Origin: Callorhinchus milii
Taxonomy: Eukaryota
NCBI RefSeq assembly: GCF_018977255.1
Contig: NW_024704742.1
Span: 3,472,001-3,536,000, forward strand
Length of the DNA stretch: 64,000 nt
Direction: 5' to 3'
Positions 50,456 through 60,352 of this stretch are shown here, in pieces. Below the pieces are notes generated by a model. The model saw only the letters and a program-made list of their open reading frames with translations. It had not been told where the DNA came from and searched no databases. Made by a program: the position numbers and the translations under genes. Position 1 is the stretch's first letter; each line of letters begins with the position of its first letter.

Positions 50456-52699
50456 GTAACTGGAGTGAAAGTGAATGGTTGTTATTGAGGGTACCCATCA
50501 TTGTCCTCTGTACACGTGCATTTACAGAGGGATTATGCAGATTTATCAGCTATTAGATTATACACCGGCAGTTACACGTGGTTTACCAGTGGTTGCTTAT
50601 TGTGGGAGTCTCGTTATAAGCACAAGTTGTCAAAGTCGCCTCATTTAGTGTCTAGAGGAATCTGACCCCCACCCCCATGTTTTCTTTGGCTGCCAGGATT
50701 CTTGTGTCACTTATACTTTACTGTGTTTGAAGCCTCATCTGAAAAGCTCGAAGAAATACTTAGGAGGATAAACAACTTGGCACGAAGGGGGAGACAAATT
50801 TATCTTTGGGTGGCCCACAATTTTTGGCAACACTTTGCTAATAAGACAGTTGCTGCTCAACAGCGCGTAAGGACACTAGGGACCCAAAGACAAGTGCACG
50901 TACACAACATATACATTACTTGCCGTCGCCTGAACAACTGGAACATTTGGCGAGAAAATGCTTTCTGCACAAGTCAAAGTAATGAAGGTATAATGAGAAT
51001 GTAGGAAACGTTAGGAAAAGGAGCCCTCAGCTCAGTAAAACATAGCCTATTGACTAGCATTTCACAAGCCATGCAGAGGGGAGATCATGACGAGCTGCTT
51101 GGGGCAAATCATCAGAATACAAAGAGAGCAATGGCCAAGCAACAGTTGCGCTTTCATTGAGCAAAAACATTTGTTCCTTGTTGACACTCTCCAGATGGTC
51201 AGAGCCATGGTGCGTGCATATCCAGACCTTCAGGACTTCGAAAAACCTTGTGGAAAGCAGAAACTGGCGTGTCCAAATTTCGATGTTCAGCGATCCCTAA
51301 ACTGGGGTTGCTCTTTTGAGTCACAGATGTCAACCTCTGCCCTACGAAGCCAATACTTTACGCAGCATCCGCTGCCTCATTCTCGGGCAGCCATTCACCA
51401 TCCAAGTTGGAGTTGGGTGTCTGCGTGGCTCAGTTGGTAACACGCTCGCCTCTGATTCAAGACTGAACGTTGGGACATTGAATTCATATAGCCTAGGTTG
51501 ACCCTCCACGTAGTGGAGTGTTGCGCTGAGGATTGATTGAGATGTTAAATCCAGCACGCCTGAGAAATTGCTTAGATGATGCACTTAAGTTTCAGTTGAA
51601 TTTTTACCCAATACAAGACCAACTTCAAACCGCAAGGCAAGCACCAACAGCGCTGATTCAATCCTGCTGATTTAAGTAAAAGAAGAAACGGCATAAAATT
51701 AAATCGTAGAAAGGCATCACTGATGCCTGTGCCAATGTCCAATATAGTGTATCTGACAAGCGGCAATTTCGTCAACAAGATATCTGCTGTGGTTGTCTTC
51801 CGATAACCAGCAGTAGGTCATTCCGACCCCTGGGAACTCCGTTCCGAAGCGAGAGAGTATCGGAGCAGAATTCCCGTGATGTAGCTCCCATTCTCCTCAG
51901 AAAGGAATCCCATTAGAAATCCTGATTATTAGGTCGACACAGCTTTAAAACGTCCCAAGGTCACCGAGGATGCACAGGCCCCAGGCGTGACACATCAGCA
52001 CCTTTTGAAACAAAACACTTTATCATTTAAATGTTTCAACTGAAGCCTTTTGTCATTTCCCTGAATCTCCTCCATCAGCAAGACAGGCTTTACTCCTCCC
52101 TACCACAGTTCCACTTACTTATTGAGTTCTCTGTCAACGCAATGCACAGAGTGCATCAGAAAAGTGATTCTGAAGGCAAACAATGGGACATCCATTATTT
52201 ATTGAACGATTACTTCATCAGGACCACGGCGAAGTTACAGCAGTCTTGGGGCACTTTAATGGTCATTACATGTCAGCAAATTGCTTCTAAGTTCATTTAC
52301 TGAACTAACGGAACAAAATAGTAACAAGCAATCTGCTTACCAACGCAAGTGCTGTGTTTCATTGGTGGCTATTTTTCCCACACAACACGTCACAGCTGAC
52401 TCGGGACATTTCAGGTCTTGTTTTCGTGTAAATACATATTATTTGAGATACAATTTTAATCCTCTTGCTAGTTGCCGCAAGGAAAAGTTACACACCAAAC
52501 TTCTACCTTGCCTTAGCCTGTAAGACCATTTTATCAATAGTTACAAATGGCTGCGAATTGAGGAAAATTCCTCGTCAGCCTTTTGTTTAGAAGCTGTTTG
52601 GTTTTTTTGGCCACTCTTGAAAAGAACCAGCTTTCAAATTATGACTGGATTTAAGAATTCTTCACCATACGGGACGATATTGAATTTTAGGGGGAATGA

Positions 52700-52905
52700 T
52701 CCCTCCCCAAAAAACAAATAAGTCAATGAATAAATAATTTGGTCACTCGATCCACGACTGTGGGGACGCTGCTGTGCGCCATTGGCTGCCGCGTTTCGCC
52801 CACAAAATATACAGTCAAGCAACTTTACAGTATATTCTGCGAGGCGCTTTGAGACGTCTCACTGATGAGGCGCTATATCAAATGCACGTTTTATTATTAA
52901 TAATA
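52700..52905 (+). mobile_element. SINE family A 3' half
   Basis: gtggggacgctgctgtgcgccattggctgccgcgtttcgcccac. Confidence 0.85.
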
Positions 52906-53579
52906 ATTAATGACAAAGTTAACAGTAGGAAAGCCATCAGGTCTGGACGAAGAAGAAAATTAGTATCAGAACATGTATTTGCTGCAAACCCACTGATGAG
53001 ATTAATGCACAATACATTTATTTCACTTGTGATCTCCTACCGTAACTCAATTTGTCAAGTGAGAAGTTTGAAGCCAGGGCAAATTGGATTTCCATTGGAT
53101 CTCTGTACAAATCCATTTTAATCCTTGACAAATCAGTCCCCTAAACGTCTACCAGTGTTTGTTTTCTTGCAACACTTGACTATGTACCGATGAAACCCCT
53201 TTGCACAAATAGCTTCATATCACTGGTATCTGACACCACTGACCCATCAGGGCAAGTGAGATAGAGTGAAGGGCGATGCTAGACTTGAAAGGTTGAGGCT
53301 GAGAGTCAAGCACTCTGTCGGCCTTCCATTAAGTACTTTGAAATGTGACGTTATTAAGTTTGATTTATCGTGACGCTGCTCTCCTAACGGTCAATAATTT
53401 GACTCGGTCCAAAGACTCGCGCTGTACACAATGAATATGCCACAGGAATGGCGTCAGATAAAAAAAAACACACGGAAAAGAAGTTACAAGTCAAGATGCT
53501 GTTGGCATGTAAGGAATAAAAATGCAGTACTCACTAAATAGCAACTCTGAGTTCCATCGGTTATCACAGTGCACTTTGG

Positions 53580-53790
53580 CAACAACAACAACTTGGATTT
53601 ATATAGTGCCCTCCACGCCGGACGGCGTCTCAGAGCGCTTCACAGTAACGGAGCCCGAGGCAGAGCCGGGGGGAGGGGGGGAGGAAGGTGACCAAAGGCA
53701 CGGTCGAAAAGAAAGGTCTTCAGCCGAGACCTGAAAATAGGAAGAGAGGGGGCGAGGGAAGGGAGTGAGGAAGGCAGTTCCAGGGGAACA
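53580..53790 (-). mobile_element. Second L2-like family, 3' end
   Basis: (AAC)n ttggatttatatagtgccctccacg...ggtgaccaaaggcacggtcgaa. Confidence 0.65.
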
Positions 53791-53859
53791 AGTCACTCTT
53801 TATAACTTGGAGTCACACATACACTGCTGCATGTTTGACCTCCAAAGTGATCTGATGAT

Positions 53860-54236
53860 AACAACAATAATAATCCTTGCATTTGACATAGCGCCTTAGC
53901 ACGTCTTCGAGACGTCTCAAAGCGCTTCACGGAATATACTGTAAAGTGGATTGACTGTATATTTTGTGGGCGAAACGCGGCAGCCAATTGCGCACAGCAG
54001 CGTCCCCACAACAGCCGTTGATTGAAGTGACCAATTTATTAATATTTTTGGAAGGAATTGTTACTCCCCAGAAAAGCAATCCGCCAATCGACTAGCAACC
54101 GGGTTCCTACTTACTGCTGGGTAAACAGAAGCATTTGGAGTAAGGAAACTTGCCCAATGTTTTGTCCTTGGGATCGAACCCAGGTCCTCTCGCTCACGAA
54201 AGCAAGTGCTCTAACCACTGAGCTCCAGGACTCCAA
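53860..54236 (-). mobile_element. SINE family A, full length, full CORE-like block
   Basis: tRNA head, gggttcctacttactgctgggtaaacag...gagtaaggaaacttgccc, Deu, tail acgtcttcgagacgtctc. Confidence 0.9.
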
Positions 54237-55136
54237 TGATGGCAACACAGAGTCATGTGATCCGACTTCAACAGAAATTTCTAAAAAAAAAATAACTTTA
54301 ATCTCATTCTACCAAAAAAACGCTGGCGCTGAGGAAATCCCTGAATGCTAAAGAAAACCGCAGAGATATCGCACACTTTAGAGTTGAGTATTTCATGAAC
54401 AATTTGCGATTTATGGAACGCCCCTTCCGTCTTCCTTCTCAAGACGCAACGCAATGCAACACAATTCAACGGCAACTCGTGGGTCTGGTGTCCGTAGCAT
54501 TCGTTCTGCTGTCAATGTGAAAGCAGTACTTTGCCACACAGTGATATAACAACATACAATTCCTCCACTCGCCTGCTGTTGAGAACGCTGCCCCGGTATT
54601 TGTTTATTCAGCTGTTTAAAGACAAATGTTTGGCATTTGTCAGGACACTGTAGCTGTATCCCTGATGGTCCTCACTGGGGCCGCGCGTTCCAAATTTCTT
54701 TTCGCTGGCAGGCGGGCCAAGAAATTAATCTGTAAAGTAGACTCTAGAAAATCCAGATTTATTTTGAAACTCTGGAGTTATTTTAATTGAGCGCAACCTC
54801 TGCCCCTTGCTGAAACGACTATTCGGTACTGAACGCTTTACAGAGCGAGCGCGGTGGGTTTTGCAAGCTCGCTCTACCTGTAAATAACAGTGTGACAACC
54901 AATAACGCAGGTGCTATGAGAGGCAGTGCAGCATAAACTGATTCCGTTCAATCTGAATGAAATTCTCCTTGTAGCTGACTGACTGACTGACTGACCGACC
55001 GACTTGTCTCTGTTATTTTATATTTCCTCACTGTTCGGGGATGGAATTAAACCGAGTAAAGTGCTTCCACCTGCACTGACTTTGAAGAGACTTAAAGTAT
55101 TGAGCTACTTTTTTTTTTAAAAAACACTCCTTTTTA

Positions 55137-55462
55137 GGAGTCCTGTAGCTCAGTGGTTAGAGCACTCGCTTTGCAAGCGAGAGACCTGAGTTCAATTCCA
55201 GGCAGGGCGAAACCTTGGGCAAGTTTCCTTACTCCACACGCCTAATAATAATCCCTCCAAAAACCAAAAACAATAATAAATTGGTCATTTTCAATCCATG
55301 ACTGTTTGTGGGACATTGCTGTGCGCAATTGGCTGCCGCGTTCGCCCACAAATATACAGTCAATTCACTTTACAGTGTGTTCTGTGAAGCGCTTTGGGAC
55401 GTCCTCCCGACGTGAAAAGCGCTATATCAAATGCAAGGATTATTATTATTATTATTATTATT
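55137..55462 (+). mobile_element. Young full-length SINE family A (reference copy)
   Basis: Foldable tRNA-like head with TGC anticodon, short CORE-like block, Deu block, stem-loop tail, (ATT)n. Confidence 0.92.
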
Positions 55463-55923
55463 AATACAAAGGATTGCATTAAACACGTTGATCCTGTTGG
55501 CTTCTTTGAGAGACAGAGAGGGAGAGAGAGAGAGAGAGAGAGAGAGAACATGATCGCTTTGAGTGGCTGGACAAGACGAGCTCTGTGTAACATGTTCCGA
55601 GGGGGAAAGAGAGAAGGAATTGTCATTTGTTTGAAAGGTGACATTTCCAGACAACTGCACATACAAAATCTAGACTGCTCTCTCTCTCTCTCTCTCTCCG
55701 ACCTTCACTCCACTGCCTTCGCTCAACTCCATTAGAAGTTTCCCTTCCAGCAGCCCAGCTTAGCTTTCTTGCTCTGCCCTGGAAGTTTCCGATTCTGCCT
55801 GGTTTCAATTCTCCCTGTCTTTTTCTCAGTCATTCCCCATGTTATGTCTCTCCCTCCCGCCCAAAATCTCAATTCTCCAGTCAACCTTCTTAAATTTCCT
55901 TGGATTTTGGGAGGGTATAATGG

Positions 55924-56050
55924 TAATAATCCTTGCATTTGGTGCCTTGTTGCGTCTTCGAGATGTCTGAAAGCACTTCACGGAATATACTGTAAAGTGA
56001 ATTGACTGTATATTTTGTGGGCGAAACGCGGCAGCCAATTGCGCACAGCG
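55924..56050 (-). mobile_element. SINE family A 3' fragment
   Basis: ccttgcatttgg...gcgaaacgcggcagccaattgcgcacagc. Confidence 0.85.
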
Positions 56051-56057
56051 GTGCATT

Positions 56058-56430
56058 TATGTCAGGAGGATGTCTCTAAGCGCTTCACAGGATTTACTGT
56101 AAAGTTTAATGACTGCGAGTTTTGTGGGTGAACACCACAGCCAATTTTCCCCTAAACAATGTCCCACGAACAGCCTTGAAGCCAGTGACCAATTTTATTT
56201 GGGAGATTGTTGGACAGGACACCGGGAGAAACAATCTTCTCTTTTGGAATAGAGCCATAGGATCTTTAACTCCACTCTAATATGCAGACAGGAACTCGAT
56301 TTAACATCCCTTCTGAAGGATACACCTCCAACAATCTAGCACACCTCCAGCACTACATAAGCAAACCAGTGTGGGGCTTGAACCCACAATCTTCTGACTT
56401 AGAGGCGAGAGTGCTACAACCTAAGACAGA
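56058..56430 (-). mobile_element. Deu-SINE family B, near full length
   Basis: gtggggcttgaacccacaatcttctgacttagaggcgagagtgctac head; Deu body. Confidence 0.85.
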
Positions 56431-56460
56431 TTGGTATCTGGCTTATTGTGTCCTACTCAA

Positions 56461-57008
56461 TAACAACAACAACAACAAGATTCCATATATAGAGCGCCTT
56501 TCACGTCAGGAGGACGTCCCAAGGCGCTGGACAGTTGGGTCAGGACCCGAGCATTGGGGGGAAATGGTCAGGGTGAGGGGAGGGAAGGGAGGGAGCGAGG
56601 AGGGGCTAGAGAGTCGAGAGGGGAGCTGAAGGCACGGTCAAAGAGAAAGGTCTTGAGACCGGCCTTGAAGGAGGAAAGGGAGGAAGCGGCGAAGGCACTG
56701 GGGGATGGAGTTCCAGAGCCTCAGGGCTGAGAGGCTGAAGGCCCGGCCACCGATGGTAGGGCGGTTGGGGCGGGGGATGTGGAGCAGACCGGAGCCAGAG
56801 GAGCGGAGGGCACGGGCAGGTAGGTAGGGGGATAGTAGGTCAGAGAGGTAGGAGGGAGCGAGGCCGTGAATGGCCTTGTAGGTGAGGAGGAGGATCTTGA
56901 ATTCGATCCTCTGGGGGATGGGGAGCCAGTGGAGGTTAGCGAGGGTGGGAGTGATGTGGTCCCGAAGCCTGGTGCGGGACAGTACACGAGCCGCAGAGTT
57001 CTGAATGA
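56461..57008 (-). mobile_element. Young 5'-truncated L2 LINE (ORF2 C-terminus + 3' UTR)
   Basis: IQNSAARVLSRTRLRDHITPTLANLHWLPIPQRIEFKILLLTYKAIHGLAPSYLSDLL...GGRAFSLSALRLWNSIP; tail (GTT)n. Confidence 0.95.
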
Positions 57009-57854
57009 AGTACACGAGAGTTCTGAGAACAAGTAAGAGATTACTGGCACTTGGAAGGTATCTTGTGGAAACTCAGATGGTAGATGGACGAGATCAGTGG
57101 CGGCCAATCTTTTTGGTCGGCCGACAAAATACTTTTTTCTTAATTGAATATTTCTTGATTTACGGCATAAAAAAGTCGAAGGTAAAAATGAGCAGAGTAC
57201 GGATGAAAGACGTTTGAAAGAATTGAAGGGGAAAACGAAGAAATGGCCATGGAATAAACAAATCCAAATGGAAACACTACAGGAGTTATTCTGTCTCATT
57301 GGCTCCGTTAGCAAACTTGTTGCTGTTTGGGCCGAGAGCCATTCTGCTCTATTCAATAGGTTTCATAATTTTATCCTGTGTGCTTCTGAATAACAAATTC
57401 AATTTGAAATGCATAATTCAATAATGATAATGCAATGATACTTCGAAAGTTAAGGAACTTAAAACTGCATCCATTATTTGAAAGCGAGCAGGCACAAATT
57501 TACAACAACTTACTGAAAGAAGCAGCTCAGCAGTTCGACAATAAATAGGCTCAATGAAACCGGGGGACATAGCCTCTGAAGAGAGCGGGTTAAAAGGCAG
57601 AAAAAAAAAGAGGAGGTTATTTTTCCACTGCATTTTTATTCCTCATTCTCTTCACGCCAGTAACCTCCTACTGTTCAAGGGGCCCTCCCTCTGCCGAGAT
57701 GTCAGTGAAGCTGCCAACTGGAAGGCTCTGACAGTAGGCTGGAGAGGACTCCACACAATTTTCCCCTCCCTCCCTCCATTGGCAGGCCGCGAGGCACTGT
57801 ACCAAATGCAAGGATTAGTGTTAATAACAGTAAGTAGGGGGTAACAGTAACGGA

Positions 57855-58092
57855 ACCCACGAATGGCCAATTTTTTTCTGGGGACTGTTGGCCAGAAACA
57901 CGAGAAGAAACTCCCTTCCCTTTTCAAATAGTGCCAGGAGTGTCCACCTGAACAGGTAGAGTCTGGACCTCGATTGAGCATCTCTTCCAAAGGACAGCAC
58001 CTCTGAGAACGTATCAGATCCCAACTTTCAGCTTGGGCCCACGACCCTTCGACTCAGAGGCAAGAATGCTACCAACTGAGCCAGACTGACCA
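57855..58092 (-). mobile_element. Deu-SINE family B 5' half
   Basis: gactcagaggcaagaatgctaccaactgagccagactgac head. Confidence 0.8.
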
Positions 58093-59037
58093 CCTGGCAC
58101 AATGTCGTCGTCCACAGGTAGGTGGGGGATGGATTCACCTTCAGTCTAGGTGAGAGTTTCACCCAAAATAAATCGGATCACGCCTCATTCCTACTGCATA
58201 TTCTTTGTCTCACTTGGACTGCTCAGACAAAACACAAATAGAAGCTGGAATTCTTTTGTTTAAGTGGAGCATTCCTCAGTTTGAGGGCCATAACCTGAAT
58301 AGAAGAAGCAACAGATTCCTTGAAGGGTAACTATTCGATAGGTTTAGACAGAGGAAAGGGGACTGGAAAAAAGAGTTCGAGGTCTAATGGAAAAAAATCA
58401 ATACAAAGGGGCTTATTTGCCAAAACGAGGAAACAATTAGATTCCAAAAGGGAAATCAGGAAGGAAGGAATCATTAAAATGTGCTGCCTCTTCCTTCTTA
58501 TGGTTTACAATGACCTCCTAATGTCAGGCTTAATTTATCTTTTCTCTTTTCAAAAAAAAAAGAAAAATAATGAACACTCTGTCTTGGGACCTTGGGCTTC
58601 CTCTGCATAAAGCTTTCCAGACAGTGGCAAGTTTCAAGACCAGTTTGAATTATAAGATTAAACAGATACTACAATGTTAGGGCAGACTCAATAATTGCTG
58701 CTATGTATCCAAACAAATGCAAAACAAACACACTAATCTGCCTTGACAAGTATTTATCGCAACGGCTCTTCATTTGGCCTCTCGCTCCGAAAACCTGTGA
58801 TTCTTCAATGTTATTACCCCACCCCTGCCACCCCACTAACACCACCGCCAGTTTAATCTCACATTAATTTCAAAAGGTTTTGAGAATTAAAGTCAGATCG
58901 CAATGCCTGAAAGAAGTAATACGAGGTGCGAAATACGACACACGACGACAGTATGAAATGAACAAAAGGCGCGTCTGTCTGTGTGCGCGTGAAGGGGAGA
59001 TAACAACTTCAGATTTCATTTAATTTTGAAGAGCTGA

Positions 59038-59215
59038 ATAATAATAATAATAAATAATCACCCTTGCATTTGATATAGCGCCTTATCACGTCTTTGAGAC
59101 GTCTCAAATCGCTTCACAGAATATACTGTAATATCTTGTGGGCGAAACGCGGCAGCCAATTACGCGCAGCAGCGTCCCCGCAAACAGTCGTGGATTGAAG
59201 GGACCAATTTTTTGG
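59038..59215 (-). mobile_element. SINE family A 3' half (older type)
   Basis: gcgccttatcacgtctttgagacgtctc...gcagcgtccccgcaaacagtcgtgg. Confidence 0.85.
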
Positions 59216-59424
59216 GTCGTTGAAGGAATTAAAGTGATGGATCCTTGAAGCAGATTCTTCTCTGGTGAGAAAACAAATGACCTGAGGTGAGGTGAGATGA
59301 TTGATCAGAACAGTTCCAAAGTATGATTGGACAATTCAACTTTGTTTGGGCAAAACAATCTTCGAACTCTGCTGTTTTTTTCCGCTGCCAGAGTCACACG
59401 AACTGACTTTGGGGTATAAAGATG

Positions 59425-59556
59425 GAGATGAAGTTGTAGACCCGGAACTTTGACTCCCTTTCCTTTCTCCGTAGATGCTGCCTGACCTGCCGAGTGTTTC
59501 CGGCCACTTTTGTTTTGGTTTCAGATTTCCAGCAGCTGCGGTATTTTTTGTGTTTT
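59425..59556 (+). mobile_element. Penelope-like remnant (single arm)
   Basis: ttcctttctccgtagatgctgcctgacctgccgagtgtttcc...gatttccagcagctgcggtatttt, homologous to 20631-20730. Confidence 0.7.
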
Positions 59557-59729
59557 ACAGTATAATGAGCGTTTTTCTGTGTACAAAATATGTAGGTTTT
59601 TGGATGAAATTAAATAATGGGTACAGTCAATTTTCAGTTTGTCAATGGGGCTTTGTTCTTTCATGAAACCTGTTTCAGATCTCTGGCATGTTAGTCATGG
59701 TGGGGTGGGGGGAGAGAGAGAGAGAGAGA

Positions 59730-59878
59730 ATCAAGATAGATATTTGGGGAGGACAAGTTTGCAGGGCTACGGGGAGAGCGCGGGGGAGTGGGATTGATTT
59801 GGGTAGCTCTTTTCAAAGGGCCGGCATGGACACGATGGGCCGAATGGGCTCCTTCTGTGCCGTATAATTCTGTGATTC
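59730..59878 (+). mobile_element. CR1 LINE 3' end
   Basis: gcagggctacggggagag...gccggcatggacacgatgggccgaatgg...ccttctgtgccgtataattctgtgattc; related to 8470-8560. Confidence 0.85.
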
Positions 59879-60087
59879 AAGCCCGAGGAAAAGTACTAGT
59901 TCCGTGTGTTATTTAATAAATATGCAACAACAACAATCCTTGCGTTTGATATCGCGCTTTTCACGTCTTCTCGACGTCTCAAAGCGCTTATACTCTATTT
60001 CGCTTGAAGTATCTGAAATTGTCACAGATACACAAAGTGCCCCGGAATATGCAACAGTTTTTTTGTAAACTTCATTGGACATGATGG

Positions 60088-60352
60088 TAATAATAATAAT
60101 AATAATCCTTGCATTTGATATAGCGCTTTTCACGTCGGGAGGACGTCCCAAAGCGCTTCACAGAATAGACTGTAAAGTGAATTGACTGTATATTTGTGGG
60201 CGAACGCGGCAGCCAATTGCGCACAGCAATGTCCCACAAACAGTCGTAGATTGAAAATGACCAATTTATTATTGCTTTGTTTTGGAGGGATTATTATTAG
60301 GCTCTGTGTGGAGTAAGGAAACTTGCCCAAGGTTTCGCCCTCTGCCTGGAAA
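60088..60352 (-). mobile_element. Young SINE family A, 5'-truncated in the tRNA head
   Basis: Near-identical to 945-1205, including aggctctgtgtggag and gtcgtagattg variants. Confidence 0.92.

Noticed and set aside
55137-55211. tRNA-Ala gene
   Set aside because: It is the head of a multi-copy SINE, runs into the SINE body, and lacks a nearby oligo-T terminator and G3:U70.
56721-57356. 211-aa ORF
   Set aside because: Alternative frame running from flanking DNA into the L2 fragment.
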